Origin: Bigelowiella natans CCMP2755
Lineage: Eukaryota > Protista > Cercozoa
Length of the DNA stretch: 64,000 nucleotides
Direction: 5' to 3'
Assembly (NCBI GenBank): GCA_000320545.1
Contig: ADNK01002140.1
Location: 124,001-188,000 of the forward strand
The notes under the pieces were generated by a model. It was not told the DNA's origin. It worked only from the letters and a program-made list of their open reading frames with translations, and searched no databases. The translations under genes and the position numbers were made by a program. This document shows positions 52,015 through 64,000 of this stretch, piece after piece. The stretch's first letter is position 1, and the number at the start of each line of letters is the position of its first letter.

Positions 52015-53596
52015 AAGGGGCAGATTGATTTGACATGCGGCCGCTGTGCAACAACTTGACCCACGTTCAAACTCGTGTTTTTCCTTTGATCTTCTCGTCT
52101 CTCTGCCCCCTGTTCCGTTTCTCAAGTCCCATTGGAATCACTTCGTCACTTTGTGCTTCTTTTCTTCTTTTTTTTTCTCAACTCGTTCATCGTTCACGGT
52201 GCTTGTTCCTGCATCACCCTCGACATTGGCTAGTTGTGTCACTCACCACCATCAGGGTGCTGACAATTCCTCGCAATGCCAGAATGGTTGTTGTTGAGGC
52301 TCTGCTGCACGCAAACGCCTGTCTCCCATGTGGTTCAGGCGCATGCAGATTTGATCAACGCTTTGTTCATTGTTCATTGTTCATTGTTCATTGTTCATCG
52401 TTCTTCTTCTTCTTCTTCTTCTTCTTCTTCTTCGCTCTCCTTTGCGTTCGTCCCGCACCGATGATCCTCCACACATTGCACCTGCGCAGTGATCCTCTCA
52501 CCGTTGAAACCACTTCGTTCAATCATTCACTCATTCGTCTTCGTGTGGTGGAGATTTCACGCCGTCAACTTTTCGGGGTGGCAATGACAACTCACAACCC
52601 AGAACTGGAGGTAGTGGGTCGTGACACTTTCTCAAGTCCAGAAGTCACGCGCCTGGGCATCACCTGCATGGACCCCCACCCCCCACTCAATTGCAACTAG
52701 GTGATCAGTGTGCCTCGCTGTGACGACATGCACGGAACCCTGGAACTGCCAACGCTTCACCACGCACGTTGCACCCCACGCGACACACAAAGCCACGTGC
52801 GTGCAAACACCTTTGTGTGCACTTTGTTTCTCCCAGCCTTGATTGTTCTCTGTGCACGCATGCCAATGTCATGCCCACTTCGTGCCACTTCAATGCACGT
52901 GTGCTCTTTCGTGACTCCACGTGCACGCACTCGTGTCTGATGTGCCAATTTGTGCCACACGTGCGATGCGTGAACCCCACCTCTGGCCTCTGGCCCTGGC
53001 TAGCTGGTGACAGCGAAGTGATTGACGTTGCTGCACACGCCTAGACGCACACAGAGAGAGACACGCACGCACAAAGGCATTTGTGTGCACTTTCCAAAGC
53101 TTTGTCTCTCTGGACAGCTGGACAGACTGATCAATCGGATTTGAGAAACCCAAACCCAGTTGCCATGATCGAACTCCGGCACGACTAGCAGCATCGTTGA
53201 CTAGTTGAATCGAACCTGTGCCCTCCTAGCCTCCAGCGCATCCAGCGCATTCAGCATGAACCCTGAACGAACGTGACGTAGTTTCTCTGTGCATGCCACC
53301 CCAAGTTCACCATGGCACACACTGGCAGACGCATCGCAGCATTGGAGCACACAGCACACAACATGCACGATGTCTGCAACGCTTTGTGGTCACGGAGTGC
53401 CAGAGTGAGCTAGTGAGGGGACAAAGCCAAAATGCCATCATGCCAGCATGGCTAGATGGTTCGTGGCGTCATCACATCATCAGTCGATCTGTCTGTGAGT
53501 GAACGTGACGTTGAGACAGTCAGTGCTCTGCTGTCCACCCCAGCACCCGCTGTCGCTCGCATCGCCGCATGCTGGCATGCCCTGCGCTAGCCTGGC
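52015..53596. other. TpA-depleted hypermutated block, core 2
   Basis: 12 TA dinucleotides in about 1580 nt: 10 in CTAG and 2 in GTAG. Confidence 0.9.
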
Positions 53597-53777
53597 GTAA
53601 ACATGGCGGAGGAACGTGAGGATGTATGTTGTGATGTTTTCGCATCAGATCCAACATCAAATGGATGATGACGTGCCATGGTGCACATGCATTAGGCGAA
53701 GCTGCCCACGCAATGTGGTGTGTTTGCACAATCTTTATATTCAATCGACAGTGATAATAGACACAGCAATACACTAA

Positions 53778-53812
<35 letters not shown>
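53778..53812. repeat. (TA)n tract near the right edge of core 2
   Basis: Near-perfect TA repeat. Confidence 0.85.
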
Positions 53813-53816
<4 letters not shown>

Positions 53817-53978
53817 GTATTGCATGTCTATCATAGTGAGCCACCACTGCATTCGCTTACACCTCAACTTGCTTCTGTAGCTTGCGATGCCACCGCTCAC
53901 ATGATGATGTCACATTGATCGCAACACAGCTTTGTCCCGAGCCCTGAGCACACTCCAGCTCCCTTTAAGGTGCCAAAC

Positions 53979-55188
53979 TTATGCAGAGCAGGTGTCGGCA
54001 TCACACAATTCTCTACAATATCTTGATTTTTTAGGCCAACCATCGACTGTCTCGTTCTCGCACCATTTAAGGATTGATAGACGTAACTTGTCCTCAGACT
54101 CTTTAGAAAATGGTACTGAAGGATATCTAGCATCTCCCACCGATATGGAGGGAATCAAATTTACAGCATTTTTAAACCCATCCATACCTGGCTCAACGTT
54201 TGACTTCCATACATCCATAAAACTAGTGCACAATGCCTGTAATTTACGAGCTTTGGATAGGTCACCTTTTAAGTATGTGTCACGGAAATAATTGTAAAGG
54301 TCTCCAAGTACGTTGAACTGCGAACCGACGTTGCCTGTAATGCCCATCGATAATGTTCCAAGCATTATCTCCTCTCGACCAGAAAGAACCTCAAACTTAC
54401 CAGACTCATAATTATGAAGTTCTGTTGCATCTGCTAATCCCTGGTTGATGTAAAGTCCTGTGTATTTAACCCCTGCGTAGTTCACCACCCCAATCGACTC
54501 AAATGCTCTTGTGAGCCCCATCATGCCATCACTGAAAGCAACATTGGTCATGTGAGGAATATGATAGTAGTAGAATGGGAGTCCAGGTACTTCGTTTGCA
54601 ACCAATGCCATCGTATTTGCGAGTGCAATCGTTGATATTGGGCGGAAGAAGGAGGGAGCCATTGCAGCGATAGCGGATGCTCCGTGGGCTTTTGCATGTC
54701 TTGCTAGCTTCTTTGCCGTGCCAATATTCTCGCATCCTACGTGCACTATGGAACGAATACCATAGCCAAACCTTTTTTCGACAGCTTCCCATTCCTCGAC
54801 GAGAGCCTCCCTCTCCTTCTGGTTCATCTTGACGGACTCTCCCGTCGTTCCCGTGAGGAAAATCCATTTCACACCAGTAGAATTCAGCCATTCAGCTTGT
54901 GCCTGGACTTTTGTCAGATCCAATTCCCCCCGTTTGCTGAATGGGCTATGTATTGCGGCGATTACACCGTCAATTTTCAATGGCTTTATCTGCAAATCAA
55001 TGTAGACTTCACCGATCATCTCAATCGACATCAGTTCTGTTAGCACGCACCACCTTTTCTGGTCGGGAGGCATCTGCTGCGTTCGAAGTGGGCACGAGCG
55101 ATGCAATAAGTCCTAAACACAACATCATGGTTGCACTTCGAAGTAAAGGAGTCCTCCCCCTTCCAAACTGCACCAGCAAATCCTGCAT
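53979..55188 (-). CDS. NPL: N-acetylneuraminate lyase / DHDPS-family aldolase with an N-terminal hydrophobic leader
   Basis: IFLTGTTGES, IVHVG, AMAPSFFRP, LPFYYYHIP (Tyr relay), GVKYTG (Schiff-base Lys) and VGSQFN. Intron 54990-55053 gives RPEK|IKPLKIDGVIAA. Start at 55188 or 55128. Confidence 0.85.
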
Positions 55189-55610
55189 GTTGTTCCTCAC
55201 CACACTCTGGGGACATGCGATCGATATTTTTCCACACATTGCTATTCAATAATATCGGCAGAACTTCTAAAAGTTTCTTCCCAAATCAAAAGGCTGATTA
55301 TGATTGTGTTAGATATTATTAGTTTCAGCTGCGACAGAGCGACGACACGATATTATTTCGATGTGTTTGGGTCGGGATCCCTTTTCCCCTCTACTACCGG
55401 GGATTAATTAAGTCAAGGCGATTAGATAAGGACGACAAAGCAATGTGATACAAAATATAAGTACGTACTCGTAGTGGAGTACCCTACTACGAGTACTCAT
55501 ACGATTCATCGCATGTAGCAGATAGGGAGAGGACAACTACTGCTACTGCTGCTGCTACTGCTTCTATTACTTTTCGATGACGTCGACGGTGTAGAAACGA
55601 CATCCGAACG

Positions 55611-56429
55611 ATGCTTAATAAGTTAACTAAATACGCTGTTGAGCTCATATTTCTTCTTTCAACGATCGTTGGGTGCAACTCAGGAGGGCACAGCCTGTCT
55701 AAAAGGGCTCTTCATTCGTCCTCGAAAATATGTTGTGCTGAAATGAATTATCCCGTAAGTGCAGTAGTCCATATACCTCCTCCTGTACAATTGCGCAATC
55801 GAAAGTGGTGCAGGAGAACACAAAGTATACAACAGCACCCATTGGTAGGACTTAGACGGATAAAACTGCAAAGTAGGCAAGCGACACCAGTGGCAGCCAG
55901 TATACCTCAAACCCAACCAACTGCTCGTCGCCATAAATTATTGATTAAAGTTGAGATCCCGAGCTCTATATCAAGGTTGGCATACGCGCAAACTAAAAGG
56001 AATAGGAATATATGTTCCGAATTGCTTATACCTGATGCCCCTTCACCTTCTCACTTTCCCTCATTACTCTCCCTTCTCCGTTTTTAATTCTCTCTCTCTC
56101 TCACTCTTTGTGGTTGCGTGTGTGTGTGTTTGTATGTGTGTTTGTGTTGATCATAGAATATTCACATTGCTATAACAGATCTGACTTGATGGAACAGTTC
56201 CTTAGATGGGCATTTGTCGAGGTTCTACAAAAATATCGATCGTACAAGTCATTAAAATGTTGATTTTTATGTATTTTAGCTGGCCGAGAATGGAAAGGAA
56301 AACATTGGCATTGACAACATTGATGTTAGTCTTAGCGAAAAACGCATAGTAACACGCTTAAAGTTCACATATATATATATATATATATATGATTTTGATA
56401 CGTAATTTATTTTGATACGTATTTATTAT

Positions 56430-56468
<39 letters not shown>

Positions 56469-57509
56469 CGGATGTTGTGCATGGCGCAATTCAAATCGTC
56501 CTTTGTCGATATCGACACGATGATGAGTATGCTGACTTAAAGCTTCTAACTTTCAAATTTAGGTACAGGCTGTATATCTTAAAGACGATTCTATTTTACC
56601 GACGGCAGTAGAGGAATCATCATCATCATCATCTCCAATGGAAACGAGAAGCGCTTTCAACAGTAAGGAGGTGAATTTAAAATTTCGAATGGCGACTACT
56701 AACTGATAACAAAGAATCATCGACCTGGAAAAGAGGAAATTTAGCTTCTGTTTCTAAACAGCAGGTGATTCATGGATTTCAGGTCAAGGTATACACTGTT
56801 GGATATTATAAACAAACAGATCATGATGATGATGATGATGATGATGATGAGGGGATGATGCTGATAATTAGATTGCAGAAGCACATCTAGAGATAATAAT
56901 GGATAACGAAATCATAAAGGTAGTTATTATCCTGATGTATCGTAAGGTCTCCTAAAATATGCAACTATTTCTCCTTATCCAGAATGTAAAATTGTTTTCA
57001 CATATAAATCGTATAATCGTTCTCGACTTGTCCGTTTTTCTATCCCTATTCACACTATCATCCCGCTGCTATTTTTCTTCAATAAGCATCAAGTCAACCC
57101 CAAGCACGAGATCTTTGATCCGTCTAAATCCCGGGAAGTTGAATTAAGAAGAGAGCGTGCGACTGGAAAGCGAGTGAGGTATGATCGCCTGGGAATGATG
57201 CCGGTCAGCACAAACGATGAATTTGAGCAGCTGTGTCAACAACAAGACTATCACGATGGCAAAGATGGCGACGATATTAATAACATATCTCCTTCATACG
57301 CATACGCTTATGAGAACGAGAAACATTATTATGAGGTATAAATAATGACATCCGCCGTCTCTTTTCTTTTCATGGTCTAATTCCGTGATTTCCTTTTCCA
57401 GGTTCTAGGAAAATACATGGAGATAAGAAGGCTTATGGGCAATGGTAGTCCAGAGGTGGTGACGGAGGAAACAGCAACTGCCGTGAGGTTACTAGCCAGC
57501 TATTTGTAA
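55611..57509 (+). CDS. Hypothetical multi-exon protein with a possible signal peptide
   Basis: MLNKLTKYAVELIFLLSTIVGC start; exons such as EYSHCYNRSDLMEQFLRWAFVEVLQKYRS; terminal VLGKYMEIRRLMG...VRLLASYL-stop. Confidence 0.4.
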
Positions 57510-58657
57510 AACTAGCAGTAATAGCGGCACGAGCAAACAAAGAAAATAAAGAATAGTATGTTTTATCCTTATTTTTTCATCCAAACCAGGAAAGATAGAT
57601 AGGACTTGCTGTTATAGATGTATTGACAATCATCATAATCAGGGCCTTCATTGCTATGCTTAACGTTGCTTTTGACAAGTAACAAAAAAAAGACACCAAA
57701 CATCGTTGTTGTAGCTTCTTTTGATTACATGTTAGAGTCTCAAATATCAAAACCAAAGCATGCCCCTTCCCCTTAAATATAAAATTACTTGTCTGATAAT
57801 GCTTACAAATTTTACTACAGACCGGTACATTAATTAGTATAAAGTTCATGATTTCAACATCCTGCTCTGTTACAAAATTTATGCAGGTATTATGCATTCG
57901 GTTCCATGTTTGCGGATGATGCAATGTGAGGAGATGCGGTGATAGTGCATAGACCACATTTAGGGTATTTGAGCTACCATGTGGATATGCAAGGCAGATT
58001 GAAAATGGTATGCAGCTGGTTATCCTGCTTGTCAACACAACCTGTCGTATGTATTCTTTGGTTACACCCATGGTTATTAGGCCACAAAAGCACTCTGCTG
58101 CTACGATGTTGCGTCTGTAATTATATTAATCAAATTTACATGCTAAGTCTGCTGTGTGCATTCAGATGCTGCTACTGCTGCACGTGGTATAGTGTTGACC
58201 GTACCTACTATGAATAAAGGGTCACAATGTAACCACTGCTTCTAAGACACACTGTACTAAATAACAATCATGACGCTCTGATCATCACAGCGTAGCCTAT
58301 TTTCACATAGTGCTAGCCAAACCCTAAGGTCTATATTGTGCCGTCGGACATATTTACGATGTACTACTGCTGGCGCAAATGTGCATGGTGTGATCACGAT
58401 GTGATCATTTTGCACGCAATATCAAATAAGCTGCGCTTTGCCGGCGCTGCGTGCTTCTGCAACAAACCTAGACAATAGCATGCATATCTAATATCTAATT
58501 CGATATCATTGCGAAAATTCACTCGTATTTGCTGTTTTGTCCAATTGACCTCCTTGCAACGCCAAACCTCACTTAAACCCATGCCCGAAGGAACGTGTAA
58601 GTGCTATATTATGCGCAACAAACATTACCTCTGCTACGACGTTTGAATAACATCATG

Positions 58658-59842
58658 TTATTCCACGTAGTGAGGGTTTCCCGGTTGCACTCCGCATAAC
58701 TCCAGCATTTGGAGCCAATCTTCTTTACGGATTCCATATTTTGAATAAAACTTGGATCCTCTATCTTTCATCAGGCCTGCGTGACAGAGCTTCCTGTAAA
58801 CTTCAACGTGTACTCCTGGTAAAATCCGATCGATCTTGAAAGTAATGTTGTGCTTATTAAAGGCTCGTTGAATAAAGCCATGGATTTCGATGTCATTCTT
58901 GGCTTCGTCTCTGAAAACATCGAGAGATAATCTTGCCATCTGCTCCAACCCCTGCGAGGAAGACACTATAAAGTAGAAATCGCCATTTCCTCCTGGATGC
59001 CTGTCAACGTGAACTACATTTGACTGGGGCTTGTATACACTTGATCCAAAGTCCATATCCTCAATTAAAACAATATCAGGGCGAATGAATAACACCCGCT
59101 CATAGAAGGTGTTATTTCTATTGGATTTTATGGCCTGTATCACAGCCATGGCACTCTTTGAAAGAGAAACTGAGAAAGACATCATCCTCCAGTTATCTCT
59201 GTATGCGTTTTTGGGGAGCAAGGGTTTGTATACTTCCTCGTAAGCTAGATTGTCCTCAAACAACGACCACATGAGCTCCATCCCTTCTCTTTTCTTATGG
59301 AAAACTTGCATGTATTCATCTTTGAGGTCGCGATTCCAAGAATGAATGTACAAATCGAAGTTCTCTGCTCCCCCATTAACCTCGACGATGTGTTTCGAAA
59401 GAGAATTTGCAGTAATATTGATTGGGGTATATCTAACAGGTTCACTATTATCGTAGATCTCTCGAGCATGCATCGAGTGGTACATCCGAGATACGCCTCC
59501 AAAGAAAACCAGAGCGTATTTTGCCTTCAGATAGCAGTGATAAAACAGGCTATAAGTTAACTATATTTGCATGAATTTCTAAACATAGATGGACATAATA
59601 GCAATGTCTACCTGTCTGTTGATGTTCTCCGTTCTGAGGTCCTTATCATCCCTGCGGCCATGGATAGCGCCACCAATACCTGGATCCACTTCGTTCATGT
59701 TCTCCCCATTTGAAAGAAGTGTTGTTCTACCGTGTTTAAAATCATTGTTGGATTTCATCTCCGTCACATTGTATAGGAACAAAATAATGTTCCCAAGGGC
59801 CATCAGAAGAACGAAGCGGGAAGGCCATGCATTGGTCCACAT
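58658..59842 (-). CDS. Type II membrane glycosyltransferase-like protein
   Basis: N-terminal TM (RFVLLMALGNIILFLY), one intron, then YALVFFGGVSR, DLYIHSW, YERVLFIRPDIVL and GDFYFI. This pattern is seen in uncharacterised GT-like proteins. Confidence 0.5.
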
Positions 59843-60635
59843 TGCTTTGGAGCGCAGTGGTGCTTAAATCACATGTACTAACTACTCCAGGTTAGAAACA
59901 ATTTTTCGTCGACAGACAATTAGAGTTCACTGTTGTGCTTTGGTGTTCGTAGCTAACTCCACGCTGGATCGTCGACGGTATGACAATTAGCATCTAAGCA
60001 TCATCAATCGCGTGCACGAAGAAGGACGAGGGGCTAGGTTGGGATTTGGATGTTGATGATCCTTAATGATTATGTACACATACACACACACACACACACA
60101 CACGTATATGTATAACTAATGGATTGTTGCGAAACTGTTGTTTCGTTTTAGATCGACTTCTATCCCAAAAACTACTACAGTAGGTACTCGTATTTATTTC
60201 CCACAAACGAGATCTAGATTTATTTCGCATGGGCAACATCTCGCAGGACATCATTCATCTGCGACAAACAAACAAAAAATCGATTGGTTTGGGTAAGATC
60301 TAGATCCAAGGGGATTTCATGAAAAGGCGGGAAACTGTTACATTCAGAAAGCATCGGAACCGAAGAAGAATACAGTTATAGTAATGGCCATTTCATTGAT
60401 ACGACTTGAATTTATCTCCATGTTATCTAAAAGTGCATGTAAAAGGAAAACTCTGGATTGTTTCACTGTTTCTTGCCTTTACCCCACCCCAAACCTTAGT
60501 CACTCGCTCACGCTCTTGCGCGATTAGAGTCTCACATACGTCGAATTGCGCCGATATTTCTCGGGACGGAAATATCATAAACAATTTCAGAGATTTTCCC
60601 ATTATTCTTATCTTGTGGGAAGTGATTCTCGTAAG

Positions 60636-61913
60636 ATGATTCAAACAAGTAGTAGAGTTGGAGGAGGAGAGGGAGGAAGACCCATGACCAGCCCAGGACC
60701 AACATACCGTATAAACAGCAGTAGACCTACTTCGATGCGCAGAAGGTTGAAAAGTAGTAAGCAAAAGATGGCTCTTCCCAAGCCAATCCGGGGTACTAGT
60801 CCATCACTAATAAGAAGACCAAAAAGTAGCTGCGGCTCAGGGCTTCGTGTCACGGTTACAGCTTGGATGGGAGCTGACACCGTGATACCTAAGAAAAGAA
60901 AAGAAAAAAAAATCAGAGCTCAAACGGAATATAGGCCCCAGACTGCAGCTGGGAGATACGTTACAAAAGCATTTTCCGTAAAAAAGAAGTTAACCTTCGG
61001 AGATGAGATCAAAGACGAAGAAGAAGAAGAAGAAGAAGAAGAAGAAGAAGAAGAAGAAGAAGAAGAAGAAGAAGAAGAGGGTTATTTGGAAAACGAACAC
61101 GGAAACTCTCTCAGTATTAGACCCATAACAAGTGTTGGGGAAAAAAGTTCAAAAAAATCATTTCTAATGAAGAATCCTTCATATTTGTCCGGGGGTGCTT
61201 CGCAGAATGAAGGAGGCGAGATGATGAGATCAATACCTGACGACGTAAAAAGGAGTTGCTCACAATCAACACTGATGAGAGATGATACTGAGTATCCAAG
61301 CGCAAAGCCTTGCGCTCTCATAACAATGCGAGCTCTTGGAATCAAAGAGTTCCCAGCACCGATATTATTGCTAGGGAATTTACTGGAAGAAATAGATCTC
61401 AGTCGGAATAACATAAAAGTTCTCCCTCCTTCCATCTCATCACTACGAAAACTTAAAAAATTGAATCTGGCTTACAATAAAATCGAGGTATTGCCTAATA
61501 ACTTTGAAGAGCTACAACATCTGGAAGTTCTCAACGTCGATGTGAATAAAATGTCGATATTCCCTCCACAAATCTGTGCATTATCAAACTTAAAAATTCT
61601 CAGCTTTCGTTTCAACACAATCAAAAGGATACCTAAAGAGTTGAACAGATTATCAAATGTAATTGAGCATGTGAAGTTAGAAGGCAACTCTCCGAGCTTA
61701 ATGGCAAATTTGCTTTCAACCTGTCCCGCCTTGGGTTCAGCTCTAACCGAAAAATCCTTGTTCTCCAAGAATTATCGATTTTCCGCCTCTGCTTTGCCGA
61801 AAATGCTTGATGAGGCACTTGGAGACAAGCTCGACGACGAAGGAGTTGTGGTGCTTCGTCTCGGTGATGATGGTGATGATTCGAAACCACCGCAGAAAAA
61901 TGGACGCCATTAG
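60636..61913 (+). CDS. Leucine-rich-repeat protein with an acidic poly-Glu linker
   Basis: LEEIDLSRNNIKVLP, LKKLNLAYNKIEVLP, LEVLNVDVNKMSIFP, LKILSFRFNTIKRIP; (GAA)n encodes poly-E. The ORF track starts at 60546; the first ATG is at 60636. Confidence 0.85.
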   Translation: MIQTSSRVGGGEGGRPMTSPGPTYRINSSRPTSMRRRLKSSKQKMALPKPIRGTSPSLIRRPKSSCGSGLRVTVTAWMGADTVIPKKRKEKKIRAQTEYRPQTAAGRYVTKAFSVKKKLTFGDEIKDEEEEEEEEEEEEEEEEEEEEEGYLENEHGNSLSIRPITSVGEKSSKKSFLMKNPSYLSGGASQNEGGEMMRSIPDDVKRSCSQSTLMRDDTEYPSAKPCALITMRALGIKEFPAPILLLGNLLEEIDLSRNNIKVLPPSISSLRKLKKLNLAYNKIEVLPNNFEELQHLEVLNVDVNKMSIFPPQICALSNLKILSFRFNTIKRIPKELNRLSNVIEHVKLEGNSPSLMANLLSTCPALGSALTEKSLFSKNYRFSASALPKMLDEALGDKLDDEGVVVLRLGDDGDDSKPPQKNGRH

Positions 61914-62786
61914 TAGCTGTGACACACATTACATGCATGTGGCTTCTTGACGTTTATGAGCGCCCTGCTCAAAATTTGTAAATACAAATGAGTTAGAGTA
62001 AGGTTGCATGAACATGCCAGATGCAGCCAATGATGCGATGACACGTACGACGAAACGAACAACATCTAGAACTAACTAGAGAATGAGATCGGCTACATTG
62101 GTTGTAGCGATGAATGTTCTTGGCTCTCGCTAAACAATGGTAGAGGATGTTGAAACAGACACTAGAATTAAGTCATGTTTGTAGCACACGCGCGTCTCAT
62201 TCGGTGCACTTCCAACAGTGATGCCATCATGTCATCATTAGCGTGCACGTGCATGATCGAATCGCTACGCTAGCACGCATCTGGTGGCACACACACAGAC
62301 ACACAAGCAATCGCTACAGCATGCAACGTTACGTTGTGGCCATCTTGCTGTGATCATGCATGAAAGTGCGCGGCATGCACATGTGTGGTGCATGTTGTCA
62401 TGCCTCGGCACGTGTGAAAAAGGTGTGGCAGATGGGCTACGCATGGTCTAGATGTGGTGGCGGACGTGTCCGTTGTTAGCGGCGCACTAAGCAATAACAA
62501 CGCGGCACGCTGTTGCCGTGGGACTGCTGCGGCTAGAGCAACAAACAAATGTACGTCGTCTCCAGATGTGCACGCACACGCCTAGTTGTTGAAGCTCGTC
62601 GCTACGCTGTCCTTCATTTCGCACATGTGTTGTTGTGTTGTTGCGTTTGTCTTGAGGCACTGACATGTGTTGCATAGGCTCAAATTAACATGTGGCAATG
62701 GAAACAAACAGACACAACATAAGTGCTGTAGCCGCTGCATTGCACAGCTACAGCAGGATTACCATTGAAAAGATTTAATGAATCCA

Positions 62787-62931
62787 TTACATCCATCTCA
62801 TACGCTCAAATTCTCCTTTGCTTGACTCATCGGATATTAGTGCTATTAGACCTGGCTCTTCGATTTGTTTGGTTAAGACCTTTGACCTTTTTAAGTGTGA
62901 TAATGCAAATCTTTGAATGAAAGGAATATGA

Positions 62932-62968
<37 letters not shown>

Positions 62969-64000
62969 AACTTTGTACACAGTGAAATCACCAATAATGG
63001 AAGGGAAGAGTACCTTGAGAGAGTGTACGTTCTCTTTAATGCACAATGCTGCTAAAATGTCTTCGTGATCTTGTGACTCTGGTTTCTGAATGAATTTAGG
63101 ATAAGATGAACAAATCAATGGGTGCGATCATTCCAAATTACTTGTAAAGTTCATTTCCATCGCTTTGTTATTACTTTCTTAGTGGATTTATCCTCATTGC
63201 GTGATGGGAGGATACAGCAGGAACTGGCCATCCTCGATCACTTGGTTCATTCATCACCATCATCATTGCCGTCTTTTCGCGCTGTAATCTTGCCATGTCT
63301 AGGGAGTGGCGAGTTTTAATCGAAGTCATAACCTCAAGAGCTGCTGACCCAGGAGACTTGAGCGACGACGGTGGAGGAGGAGGAGAGTTTCTGATATCCT
63401 TATTATCGAAGTTGTGGTCAATTCTGGTCCTTGTCGTCCGCTGTTGAGTACGGGGAAACTTACCAGCTGCTAAAAAAGTAGTGGTAGTCTTTGGTAGAGG
63501 AGGTGACGATACTCTTCGTTTGATGTGCATGAGTCGTAAAGACATGATGCTACCCCTCCTCTCGTCGGCATTTCCCTTCTTTTGATCGTTGTCATTGCCA
63601 GCCGATTGTCCACTCCTCCATCCTCCTCCTCCTGTTAATTCTTTATCGGTGATGTCGGCTCTACCCCCCTCTTCTTCTTCCTCCTCCTCCTTCTCCTCCT
63701 CATCATCATAGAAATTGTATATCCTAAATAGTGATAAAGATGGAGATTACAGATATGCAGAGGATGATAATAATATAATGAGGTAATGAATAATGATGAA
63801 GAGCAATCAATCATCCCCATCCCCACAATTGTCGCCACTACCACATACATCTCTTAGTAGAAGTAGCAGTAGTAGCAGTGGTAGTTTGAACAATCGCTCG
63901 TCAGTCGATGCATATCAATTTCATATATTAGAGCACGTGACAAAGTGAAAAGGGTGACGACGATTGTATGTATGTCAGCAAACAACGTTAAATACTGACA
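62787..64000 (-). CDS. 3' part of a hypothetical multi-exon protein; 5' end outside the window
   Basis: Minus-strand exons (ORF 63171-63545; ...HEDILAALCIKENVHSLKVLFPSIIGDFTVYK|; terminal ...EFERMRWM-stop) with microsatellite introns. Confidence 0.4.

Noticed and set aside
57577-58250. Possible transposase or reverse transcriptase relic (minus ORF of 164 aa; FADD string on plus)
   Set aside because: The motif resemblance is too weak and there are no supporting domains or terminal repeats.

Overview
Gene-dense eukaryotic nuclear DNA with short GT-AG introns and about 18 protein-coding genes. A chlorarachniophyte-like alga is my inference from the D27 targeting leader; the organism is not confirmed. 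Recognisable genes: SAM methyltransferase-like, ZPR1-like, PPPDE/LRAT-like, an eIF4E-binding 4E-T/GIGYF-like protein, LANCL, an RBR E3 ligase, a PX-domain protein, sestrin, D27, PCH2/TRIP13, MKKS/BBS6, an HMG-box protein, NPL, a glycosyltransferase-like protein and an LRR protein. The main signal is non-genic. Two blocks of about 1.5 kb (4541-6045 and 52015-53596) have lost almost every TpA dinucleotide, and nearly all survivors sit in CTAG. This fits a both-strand TpA>TpG/CpA hypermutation (A>G in TAH, equivalently T>C in DTA), the reverse direction of fungal RIP. Weaker versions, often with CTAG over-representation, fill most spacers downstream of stop codons. Introns and promoters remain TA-rich. 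The signature also reaches into two flanking coding regions. No candidate effector enzyme is visible in the window. All counts are manual and all gene models are hand-spliced.
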